Source: a virus
Lineage: Duplodnaviria > Heunggongvirae > Uroviricota > Caudoviricetes
Virus record (IMG/VR): IMGVR_UViG_2617270980_000009
Reading direction: 5' to 3' (one strand)
Length of the DNA stretch: 11,347 nt
Shown here: one piece after another, positions 1 through 7,326 of the stretch
Layout of the letters: each line of letters opens with the position of its first letter
Position numbering within the stretch: the first letter of the stretch is position 1
Position numbers and translations under genes: made by a program
The notes under the pieces: model-generated
What the model was told of the DNA's origin: nothing
What the model saw: only the letters and a program-made list of their open reading frames with translations
The model's database searches: none

Positions 1-261
1 TGAGTTTTTTAAATGGCGGAAAATCGTGTTGAGGCCAACGCCCATAATGCGGGCGGTTGCCCGGCATCCAACGCCATTCATGGCCATATCAATGATTTTC
101 TGGTGCGTACCGGGTTGAGAAGCGGTGTAAGTGAACTGCAGTTGCCATGTTTTACGGCAGTGAGAGCAGAGATAGCGCTGATGTCCGGCAGTGCTTTTGC
201 CGTTACGCACCACCCCGTCAGTAGCTGAACAGGAGGGACAGCTGATAGAAACAGAAGCCAC
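1..261 (-). CDS. insA: IS1 InsA transposase-regulator, 3'-truncated by the window edge; GTG start at 259-261 (minus strand)
   Basis: Minus-strand translation from the GTG gives [86 protein letters not shown], which matches IS1 InsA from memory. It is absent from the supplied ORF track, presumably because of the GTG start and because it runs off the window. Confidence 0.85.
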   Translation of the reverse strand, partial: MASVSISCPSCSATDGVVRNGKSTAGHQRYLCSHCRKTWQLQFTYTASQPGTHQKIIDMAMNGVGCRATARIMGVGLNTIFRHLKNS

Positions 262-316
262 TGGAGCACCTCAAAAACACCATCATACACTAAATCAGTA
301 AGTTGGCAGCATCACC
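1..316 (-). mobile_element. IS1: IS1 insertion sequence, partial: the IRL-proximal 316 bp; the rest lies beyond the left window edge
   Basis: Reverse complement of 253-316 reads GGTGATGCTGCCAACTTACTGATTTAGTGTATGATGGTGTTTTTGAGGTGCTCCAGTGGCTTCT, which matches the IS1 left terminal inverted repeat and insA leader as I recall them. The minus strand of 1-261 translates to an InsA-like protein. The element boundary is at 316; unrelated flank starts at 317 (atatgcggt...). Confidence 0.9.
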
Positions 317-483
317 ATATGCGGTTATCGTATTGGCCTGTCCATCCTTTGTCGTTATGTTCCTGCCTAACCGGCTCCGTCACAAAAAGTACCGTGATGC
401 TTTTTTTGAATTTCCGCAAAACACATATTTATCAGCGGTTGTTATTCTGACTCTGTTTAATTCAGAAACAGGCAGAAAAGACG

Positions 484-2538
484 ATGTCAGACTCCAAGTG
501 GAAAATGCTCTCCGCCATGCCCGGAGAGTTTTCAGTCAAGGTTGCCGGTGGCACGGTGGCATTTATTGAAAGCCCTTTCCGCCCTTCGGGTAATAAAGGG
601 GGGATCACCTTCGCAGACTGCGTGATCCGCTTCAGCACGAAAGAGCCATTATGGGTAATGCCGGTATCCGGTAATCCCAGTGCAGAAATCACCAGTTCAG
701 GCGTGACTGGCATCATTCCAATCACATCTGACGTGGCCGGAACGCTCACGCCCTCCGACTGGAATGCACCGGATAACGCCGGGCCTTCCGGTAGCACGAA
801 TGGCAGCAGTTCAGAGCCGGAATATTACTTTGTTGTCATTCTCGCGGGTCAGTCAAATGGCATGGCCTACGGCGAGGGGCTGCCGTTACCGGATTCGTTT
901 GACCGCCCGGACCCACGCATTAAGCAACTGGCACGCCGCAGTACGGTAACGCCCAACGGTACGTCGTGTACATACAACGACATCATTCCGGCAGACCACT
1001 GCCTGCATGATGTTCAGGATATGAGCGGGATAAACCACCCGAAAGCTGATCTGGCAAAAGGCCAGTACGGGACTGTCGGTCAGGGGTTGCATATTGCCAA
1101 AAAACTGCTTCCCTATATCCCACAGAATGCGGGGATACTTCTGGTGCCCTGTTGTCGTGGCGGGGCAGCATTCACCACTGGAGCCGACGGCTCATTCAGT
1201 GAGGCCAGCGGTGCTTCCGCTGATTCTTCACGCTGGGGGGCCGGTAAACCTCTGTATCAGGACCTGGTAAGCCGCACCAAAGTCGCGCTGGCGAAAAACC
1301 CGAAAAACAAACTTCTGGCTGTGGTCTGGATGCAGGGAGAGGCAGACCTTGCCTCAGGAAGCCAGCAGCATAATAGTTTATTCACGGCCATGGTTCAGCA
1401 GTTCAGAACTGACCTGGCTCCGCTTGCTGCGCAGTGCGTGAGTGGAAATGCCACCACGGTGCCGTGGATTTGCGGTGATACCACGTATTACTGGAAAAAC
1501 GCTGGCACCGATAAATATGAGGCAGTATACGGTGGCTACAAAGGCAAGGAAGCACAGAAAATTTTCTTTGTACCGTTCCTGACGGATGAGAATGGACAGA
1601 GCACGCCAACGAATGCTCCGGCGGAAGACCCGGATATTGTGGCTGTCGGGTATTACGGTGCAGCATCCCGAACCCAGGGCAGTTTTGTTTCGACACAGCG
1701 TGACAGCCATTTCAGCTCATGGGCACGCAGGGGCGTCATTTCAGACCGTCTGGCCTCAGCTATTATGCTCCATGCAGGGCGCACGGCTGAACTGATGCGC
1801 GGGCAGACCGTGACACCACCGGATGAGAAGCCGTCACCTGATACACCATCAAAACCGTCCACGCCACCCGCAGACACCACGACGATGAGTACGCTATTTG
1901 CTTACCGGGCATCTGAGTCTGAAGGACGGTTGACACCACAGGGTTGGGCTGCCGGAGGTGGCAAGGCTCAAATCGTGGATGATGCCGGAGCTAGCGGGGG
2001 TAAGGCAATGAAACTGACCAAGGAAACAGGAAGAGCCCCCTGGTACCTTGAGCATGATGCTGGTAATGGTGCGGACCTGCTGGGTAAAGGTGGTCTTGTC
2101 AGTTGTCGTTTTAAACTCGATGGCGCGCTTACGGCTAATCAGTATGCACTGGCGCTGTACTGGCCGGTTTCTGCCCTGCCGCAAGGGGTTACTCTGGAAG
2201 GAAATGCCGGTCATAACCTGCTGGCATCGTTCTACGTACAGAGCGATGCCACAGACCTTAACGTGATGTATCACAAAGGAAACACGGCGCAGAACACGAA
2301 GCTGGGGTCATTCGGCGCATTTAATAACGAATGGCATACGCTGGGCTTCCGTTTTGCCGGTAACAACAGTATTGAGGTGACGCCGGTCATTGATGGTAAG
2401 GACGGGACACCATTCATGCTGTCGCAGTCTCCGGTCGGCACGTTTACGGCAGACAAGTTGCGCGTGACCGATATCACTAAAAATGCGACTTACCCGGTAC
2501 TGATTGACAGTATCGTGGTGGAAGTGAATAACGCGTAA
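484..2538 (+). CDS. SGNH/DUF303-family esterase, prophage NanS-p-like sialate (9-O-acetyl) O-acetylesterase, with a Pro/Thr-rich linker and a C-terminal ~230-aa beta-rich (lectin-like?) domain
   Basis: 684-aa ORF. A stop in the same frame at 448-450 makes the ATG at 484 the first available start; a weak SD (cagg/gaaaag) lies upstream. It carries a GQSN esterase motif (VVILAGQSNGMAYGEG) and downstream LLAVVWMQGEAD, typical of the sialate O-acetylesterase (SASA/DUF303) family. Linker TPPDEKPSPDTPSKPSTPPADTTT sits at about aa 440-465. The family assignment is from recall, not a search. Confidence 0.6.
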   Translation: MSDSKWKMLSAMPGEFSVKVAGGTVAFIESPFRPSGNKGGITFADCVIRFSTKEPLWVMPVSGNPSAEITSSGVTGIIPITSDVAGTLTPSDWNAPDNAGPSGSTNGSSSEPEYYFVVILAGQSNGMAYGEGLPLPDSFDRPDPRIKQLARRSTVTPNGTSCTYNDIIPADHCLHDVQDMSGINHPKADLAKGQYGTVGQGLHIAKKLLPYIPQNAGILLVPCCRGGAAFTTGADGSFSEASGASADSSRWGAGKPLYQDLVSRTKVALAKNPKNKLLAVVWMQGEADLASGSQQHNSLFTAMVQQFRTDLAPLAAQCVSGNATTVPWICGDTTYYWKNAGTDKYEAVYGGYKGKEAQKIFFVPFLTDENGQSTPTNAPAEDPDIVAVGYYGAASRTQGSFVSTQRDSHFSSWARRGVISDRLASAIMLHAGRTAELMRGQTVTPPDEKPSPDTPSKPSTPPADTTTMSTLFAYRASESEGRLTPQGWAAGGGKAQIVDDAGASGGKAMKLTKETGRAPWYLEHDAGNGADLLGKGGLVSCRFKLDGALTANQYALALYWPVSALPQGVTLEGNAGHNLLASFYVQSDATDLNVMYHKGNTAQNTKLGSFGAFNNEWHTLGFRFAGNNSIEVTPVIDGKDGTPFMLSQSPVGTFTADKLRVTDITKNATYPVLIDSIVVEVNNA

Positions 2539-2553
2539 GCAGGATAAAAAAAT

Positions 2554-2588
2554 CCCGCCGGTCAAAGAGCCATTTGTTGACTGGCGGG
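2554..2588. terminator. Hairpin (12-bp stem with one G-U pair, 11-nt loop) immediately 3' of the esterase gene; the T-tract is on the minus-strand side
   Basis: cccgccggtcaa (2554-2565) pairs with ttgactggcggg (2577-2588). On the plus strand it is preceded by aaaaaaa (2546-2552) and followed by non-U-rich sequence, so as an intrinsic terminator it reads better for leftward (minus-strand) transcription. Confidence 0.35.
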
Positions 2589-2703
2589 GGATATTCCAAA
2601 CCCATTAAGGAAAGCTACAACCTCTGACAAAGAAGACCATTATGTACGCGGTTACTTTTTAGCTGAAAACTGTTTCTGTAGTCAATATCAAAGGTAAGGT
2701 TAT

Positions 2704-2886
2704 ATGACATTTGTTCATACGATGCTGCTTTATTTCTGCACTGTGGTCAGTGCGTTATATCTGGTGAGCGGTGGTTATAAGGCCATCAGAAATTATGTTC
2801 GCCGCAAAATTGATGACGCAGCAGCTGAAAAGCTCAGTAAAACAGCGCAGGCAACTCCGCTCCCAAAAGACCCGACCCAGCCCTGA
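2704..2886 (+). CDS. Hypothetical small protein (60 aa) with one N-terminal hydrophobic helix and a charged Pro-rich tail
   Basis: ATG at 2704 preceded by aaggtaaggt (2691-2700). N-terminal MLLYFCTVVSALYLVSGG is hydrophobic. No family recognised. Confidence 0.45.
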   Translation: MTFVHTMLLYFCTVVSALYLVSGGYKAIRNYVRRKIDDAAAEKLSKTAQATPLPKDPTQP

Positions 2887-2921
2887 TTGCAGGGCTGTAT
2901 TCCCACATAAGGAGGATATAC

Positions 2922-3176
2922 ATGCCAGAGATTAAAGGCACCGTCACTGAAGTCCTGGTAAAACAGGCACTGTATTCCGGTGAAGTAAATAAATTACTGA
3001 AAGCGCAGGTCCGCAAGGATTTTGAGGCACAAATCGACACTTACGTTGATGAAGTGCTGGCAAAACTTATTGGGCCAGCAGTTGCGGCCAGTGATGCTGA
3101 TAATGAGCCGAAAACCGACGCGCAGCCAGAGCAACCAGACCCGGCTCAGCCCGGAACTGACAGTACCATGATGTAA
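2922..3176 (+). CDS. Hypothetical acidic protein (84 aa) with a Pro/Gln/Asp-rich C-terminus
   Basis: Consensus SD aaggagg (2909-2915) sits 6 nt upstream of ATG 2922. Followed by a short palindrome aaaccgg...ccggttt (3184-3208). No family recognised. Confidence 0.5.
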   Translation: MPEIKGTVTEVLVKQALYSGEVNKLLKAQVRKDFEAQIDTYVDEVLAKLIGPAVAASDADNEPKTDAQPEQPDPAQPGTDSTMM

Positions 3177-3343
3177 CAATACAAACCGGTGGTGTCCTCT
3201 GCCGGTTTGACACTAATGAAAACATCTTTGCCGCTATCCAGCCATATGTAATCGCTGGATAGTATTTCGTATTCAGAAATATAGCTGCTTATGGAGCAGT
3301 CAATCCTGCTTCCCCATCCGGGCAGGCAAATGAACCGGTATCA

Positions 3344-3637
3344 TTAGTCCGATTCACGCTTTTGTAGAATCGTTCCCAGAATGCTATACAGCTCATTAGC
3401 CTGTTGCTCCATCATTGAGACGGAGGCTATACGGTGCAAAGTGATTTCAGGAGGTGGCACACCTCCATCTTCTTGCTGTGGAGGAAAAACATAAGATTTA
3501 ATAAAAAAGTTGAAGCATATGAACTCTCCCGCACTCGAACTGTATTTGCAGGCATCTGAATAATCGGAAAAATAATCATTATAGATTTCCGCATTTTCAA
3601 TCATTTTTCGATTTCTCGTCGTTACATGATTGTCCAT
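3344..3637 (-). CDS. Hypothetical protein (97 aa) in an AT-rich island, transcribed divergently from the com/mom-like pair
   Basis: Minus-strand ORF with SD aagagg (reverse complement of 3643-3648) 5 nt upstream of its ATG (3637-3635). Codon usage is AT-rich and unlike the flanking lambdoid genes. No family recognised. Confidence 0.5.
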   Translation of the reverse strand: MDNHVTTRNRKMIENAEIYNDYFSDYSDACKYSSSAGEFICFNFFIKSYVFPPQQEDGGVPPPEITLHRIASVSMMEQQANELYSILGTILQKRESD

Positions 3638-3760
3638 AGCAGCCTCTTACGCTGGCAATTAACCAATTGACTTCTATAAATTAGTTGATTTGTTTGCTTT
3701 GCGGTATTCAAATGTACAATCATTCAGCACTTATGCGTTACAGCACCGTTTAAAATTAGT

Positions 3761-3850
3761 GATCAAACTCATAAATTTTCGCTAATGACATTTCGTGTTA
3801 TTTGTTGTATCAATTAAATAAATCAAATCGATCGTTTTTGTCGATCGATT
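3761..3850. promoter_or_regulatory. Putative regulatory region upstream of com: perfect inverted repeat AATCGATCG-n7-CGATCGATT (3826-3850) and three GATC (Dam) sites at 3761, 3830 and 3843
   Basis: Read directly from the sequence. Both arms contain the palindrome CGATCG. The region lies in the 256-bp AT-rich divergent intergenic space between the 97-aa ORF and com. Confidence 0.4.
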
Positions 3851-3893
3851 GAGTGATAAAGATATCAACAACAAAGCAGGAGGTTATGCGGCC

Positions 3894-4094
3894 ATGTATC
3901 GAAACATACGGTGCCGACATTGTAACAAGCTACTGGCACGAGCCAGCTTCAGTTATCTGGAAGTCAAATGTCCGCGCTGTAAAACCCTCAATCAAATCAC
4001 ATCTCAGAGCGCCACAGAGCACCCCACATACACAAGGAAATCCTGTCGTGGGGAACAGAAAGCAAGTTACATCCCGTATCATCAGCACGCCTGA
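3894..4094 (+). CDS. com: Com-like zinc-finger translational activator (phage Mu Com homolog), 66 aa
   Basis: [45 protein letters not shown]... aligns with Mu Com as I recall it (MKSIRCKNCNKLLFKADSFDHIEIRCPRCKRHII...EHPTEK), including the CxxC...CPRC zinc-binding cysteines. SD aggagg (3878-3883) is 10 nt upstream of ATG 3894. The track ORF start at 3849 is rejected because it has no SD. Confidence 0.7.
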   Translation: MYRNIRCRHCNKLLARASFSYLEVKCPRCKTLNQITSQSATEHPTYTRKSCRGEQKASYIPYHQHA

Positions 4095-4785
4095 ACTTAT
4101 TCACTATAACGACAATATCGTCGGTTATGGCTCCCGTGAGTTACGGGTTGAGACAATAAGTTGCTGGCTGGCCCGGCTGGTCGTCGTCAATAAACATTAC
4201 AGCCATCGTTTCGTAAATAATTCCTACCTTCATCTGGGCATATTTTCAGAACGGGAGCTGGTTGGCGTAATGCAATGGGGTTATGCCCTTAATCCAAACA
4301 ATGGTGCACGCGTCGTAACTGGCACGCAGAACCGCGAATATATGGAGCTTAACCGGTTATGGCTGCATGACTGTATGCCGAGAAACTCCGAATCAAGGGC
4401 AATCAGTTACGCGCTCAAACTAATCAGACAACTTTATCCGCAGGTGCAGTGGGTTCAGTCGTTTGCAGATGAGCGTTGTGGCTGTCTTGGTGTCGTGTAC
4501 CAGGCAAGCAATTTTGATTATGTAGGCAGTCATGAAACAACATTCTATGAACTTGATGGCGAGTGGTATCACGAGATTTGCAAGAATGCAATCAAACGAG
4601 GAGGACAGCGAGGTGAACATCTGCGGGCTAATATCGACAGAGCCAGTGTTCATAAATTCCGTCAGTTTCGTTACATCCGGTTTCTGGACAAGAGAGCCAG
4701 AAAACGCCTTAACACAAAGCTATTCAAAGTCCAGCCTTACCCAAAACCACAAACAGTTAAAACTGGTTTGAAAGAGAGTGAATGA
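4048..4785 (+). CDS. mom: Mom-like DNA modification protein (phage Mu Mom homolog, adenine-modifying anti-restriction function); start inferred as GTG 4048, overlapping the 3' end of com
   Basis: Long ORF in frame 1 directly overlapping a Com homolog, as in Mu. There is no in-frame ATG between 3886 and about codon 137, whereas GTG 4048 has an upstream AGGA (4035-4038) and gives ~245 aa, close to Mu Mom (~231 aa). Assignment rests mainly on synteny with com and on size; I cannot verify Mom sequence motifs from memory. Confidence 0.55.
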   Translation: MGNRKQVTSRIISTPELIHYNDNIVGYGSRELRVETISCWLARLVVVNKHYSHRFVNNSYLHLGIFSERELVGVMQWGYALNPNNGARVVTGTQNREYMELNRLWLHDCMPRNSESRAISYALKLIRQLYPQVQWVQSFADERCGCLGVVYQASNFDYVGSHETTFYELDGEWYHEICKNAIKRGGQRGEHLRANIDRASVHKFRQFRYIRFLDKRARKRLNTKLFKVQPYPKPQTVKTGLKESE

Positions 4786-5701
4786 ACGCTTAAAAACTCA
4801 TTCTAAAACTCAAAAGAAAAGCGCCGATTTAGTATCAAATAAGTTGCGTATCGGCGTTTTTCAGCGGTATCAAATGAAATGCAAATCGGTATCAAAAAAA
4901 TCGCCGCGCTATAGTATCCGTGAGAACGACGACGGCACGTATGCCATCACCGCCGTGCAGCATGTACCGGAAAAAGAGGCCATCGTGGATAACGGGGCGC
5001 ACTTTGACGGCGACCAGAGCGGCACGGTGAATGGTGTCACGCCGCCAGCGGTGCAGCACCTGACCGCCGAAGTCACCGCAGACAGCGGGGAATATCAGGT
5101 GCTGGCGCGCTGGGACACGCCGAAGGTGGTGAAGGGCGTGAACTTCCTGCTCCGTCTGACCGTAACAGCGGATGACGGCAGTGAGCGGCTGGTCAGCACG
5201 GCCCGGACGACGGAAACCACATACCGCTTCAGGCAACTGGCGCTGGGGCGTTACACGCTGACGGTCCGGGCGGTAAATGTGTGGGGACAGCAGGGCGATC
5301 CGGCGTCGGTATCGTTCCGGATTGCCGCCCCGGCAGCGCCGTCGCGGATTGAGCTGACGCCGGGCTATTTTCAGATAACTGCCACGCCGCATCTTGCGGT
5401 TTATGATCCGACGGTACAGTTTGAGTTCTGGTTCTCGGAAACGCGGATTACCGATATCAGGCAGGTTGAAACCACAGCCCGCTACCTTGGCACGGGACTG
5501 TACTGGATAGCCGCCAGTATCAATATCAAACCGGGCCATGATTATTATTTTTACGTTCGCAGTGTGAACACCGTTGGCAAATCGGCATTCGTGGAGGCCG
5601 TCGGTCAGCCGAGTGATGATGCAGAAGGCTACCTGGATTTTTTCAAAGGCAAGATACCGAATCCCATCTCGGTAAAGAGCTGCTGGAAAAAGTTGATCTG
5701 A
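4778..5701 (+). pseudogene. J: Lambda J-like host specificity (central tail fibre) gene, internal fragment: 5'-truncated remnant (J homology starts near 4907) ending at a frameshift
   Basis: From about codon 44 the translation ([35 protein letters not shown]...YLDFFKGK) matches the C-terminal third of lambda J as I recall it. The first ~43 codons are AT-rich junction sequence. A 1-nt loss near 5654-5657 (ata-ccg where a functional gene would read ata-acc-gaa) shifts the frame and gives a premature stop at 5699-5701. Confidence 0.8.
4821..4861 (+). terminator. Possible rho-independent terminator after the mom-like gene
   Basis: gcgccgat (4821-4828) pairs with atcggcg (4850-4856), followed by ttttt (4857-4861). 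The 21-nt loop is long, so confidence is low. Confidence 0.35.
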
Positions 5702-5802
5702 CGGAGGATAACGCCAGCAGACTGGATGAGTTCTCAAAAGACTGGAAGGACGCGAACGATACAGAAAGTTCAGGTTGATACAAATAATAACCTGAACAGC
5801 AT

Positions 5803-6630
5803 GTGGGCTGTGAAGCTGAGCAGACCAAAGACGGAAAACATTATATTGCGGGTATCGGTGCCGGTATTGAGAACACCCCCGACGGCATGCAGAGTCAGGT
5901 GCTGCTGGCGGCAGACAGGATTGCGATGATTAATCCTGCGAATGGCAACACAAAGCCGATGTTTGTTGGTCAGGGCGATCAGATATTCATGAACGACGTG
6001 TTCCTGAAGCGCCTGACAGCCCCCACCATTACCAGCGGTGGCAGTCCTCCGGTATTTTCCCTGACACCAGACGGGCGACTGACGGCGAAAAATGCGGATA
6101 TCAGTGGCAGTGTGAATGCGAACGCCGGGACGCTAAACAACGTCACGATAAATGAGAACTGTACGATTAAGGGCATGCTGGAGGCGACCCAGGTCAGAGG
6201 CGATTTCGTTAAAACAGTATCCAAATCATTCCCGAAGAAGGCTGGTACGTGGGGTAACACGGAAACACCAAACGGGACGGTTACAGTCACTATCAGCGAT
6301 GATCATAACTTTGACCGTCAAATCATTATTCCGCCCATTATTTTTAACGGTGTGGCGTATGACGATCCTGGGAGCGGAAATAACCCCGGAGGCACGAGAT
6401 ACACAGGTTATGGTTTTGAAGTTCGCAAAAACGGCGTATTAATCGCATCCAGAGAAACTAAAGGGGCCATTCCCGGTAGTTACAGTGCAGTTATTGATAT
6501 GCCTAGTGGTGGTGGAAGCGTCACTCTGGAGTTTAAGATTTTCCAGAAAGGCAATCAGGGGGCAGGCAATATCACCGACTGTACGGTGATTGTGACCAAA
6601 AAGGCTGCTTCCGGCATCAGTATTCGTTGA
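5803..6630 (+). pseudogene. J: Lambda J-like host specificity gene, C-terminal receptor-binding portion, separated from the upstream fragment by frameshifts
   Basis: Translation [14 protein letters not shown]...[37 protein letters not shown]...GISIR matches the lambda J C-terminus from memory. J-like coding between 5659 and 5820 continues in other frames: [34 protein letters not shown] in frame 1 up to the stop at 5776-5778, then [18 protein letters not shown] in frame 2. Confidence 0.8.
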
Positions 6631-6651
6631 AATTGTTATAACCCCAATAAA

Positions 6652-6677
6652 GGGCGTCAGGAATGACGCCTTTTTTA
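6652..6677 (+). terminator. Rho-independent terminator between the J remnant and lom
   Basis: gggcgtca (6652-6659), loop ggaa, tgacgcc(t) (6664-6671), followed by tttttta. Confidence 0.6.
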
Positions 6678-6700
6678 TTGCAGAAAAGCGAGAGGTAATT

Positions 6701-7300
6701 ATGCGTAAACTTTATGCCGCCATTTTGTCCGCAGCCATTTGTCTGGCCGTATCCGGTGCGCCTGCATGGGCATCTGAACATCAGTCCACGCTGAGCGCGG
6801 GGTATCTTCATGCCTCGACGAACGTTCCCGGCAGCGATGATCTTAACGGGATTAACGTGAAATACCGTTATGAGTTTACGGACACACTGGGGCTGGTGAC
6901 GTCATTCAGCTATGCAGGAGACAAGAATCGCCAGCTTACCCGTTACAGCGATACCCGCTGGCATGAAGATTCCGTGCGTAACCGCTGGTTCAGCGTGATG
7001 GTGGGGCCGTCTGTGCGCGTGAATGAATGGTTCAGCGCGTATGCGATGGCGGGTATGGCTTACAGCCGTGTGTCGACTTTCTCCGGGGATTATCTCCGCG
7101 TAACTGACAACAAGGGGAAAACGCACGACGTGCTGACCGGAAGTGATGACGGTCGCCACAGCAACACGTCTCTGGCGTGGGGAGCTGGCGTGCAGTTTAA
7201 CCCGACCGAATCCGTGGCCATTGATATTGCTTATGAAGGCTCCGGCAGTGGCGACTGGCGCACTGACGGTTTCATCGTGGGTGTCGGTTATAAGTTCTGA
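6701..7300 (+). CDS. lom: Lom outer-membrane protein (Ail/OmpX/PagC family beta-barrel), 199 aa with signal peptide
   Basis: Signal peptide [24 protein letters not shown]. Motifs [12 protein letters not shown] and the C-terminal [24 protein letters not shown] match lambda Lom from memory. SD agagg is 5 nt upstream. Position between J and stf is as in lambda. Confidence 0.9.
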
Positions 7301-7326
7301 TTAGCCAGGTAACACAGTGTTATGAC

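Noticed and set aside
13-228. Plus-strand 71-aa ORF
   Set aside because: It lies antisense to the IS1 insA coding sequence, which is confidently identified on the minus strand; no RBS and no recognisable product.
78-290. Minus-strand 70-aa ORF from the track
   Set aside because: It is in a different frame from the true InsA reading frame (the GTG-initiated minus-strand ORF ending at the window edge); out-of-frame artefact within IS1.
303-569. Plus-strand 88-aa ORF
   Set aside because: It starts inside the IS1 terminal repeat and crosses the IS1/flank junction into the esterase gene start region; no SD, unlikely to be a real gene.
1378-2565. Several minus-strand and alternate-frame ORFs within the esterase gene (for example 1378..1710 -, 1894..2274 -, 2308..2565 -)
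   Set aside because: Fully contained in the 684-aa esterase ORF, which has a recognisable catalytic motif; no independent support.
3849-3893. Upstream ATG (3849) for the Com-like ORF and ATG 3853/3886 as starts for the mom-like ORF
   Set aside because: ATG 3849 and 3853 have no SD. ATG 3886 is only 2 nt from the AGGAGG, which instead serves ATG 3894 (com), and it would give a Mom protein ~65 aa longer than Mu Mom. The GTG at 4048 with its own SD fits better.
4420-4771. ORFs inside the mom-like gene (4420..4653 -, 4532..4771 +)
   Set aside because: Embedded in or antisense to the longer mom-like ORF; no SD and no recognisable product.
4786-4905. Possible phage Mu right-end (MuA binding sites), since in Mu the genome end follows mom
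   Set aside because: The sequence has a cgttttt element but nothing matching the Mu terminal repeat consensus as I recall it, and J-homologous DNA follows directly; treated as a junction with short direct repeats instead.
4892-5737. Minus-strand 281-aa ORF
   Set aside because: Antisense to the clearly J-homologous coding sequence; an Arg-rich product typical of a reverse-strand artefact in GC-rich DNA.
6902-7159. Minus-strand 85-aa ORF within lom
   Set aside because: Antisense to the confidently identified lom gene.
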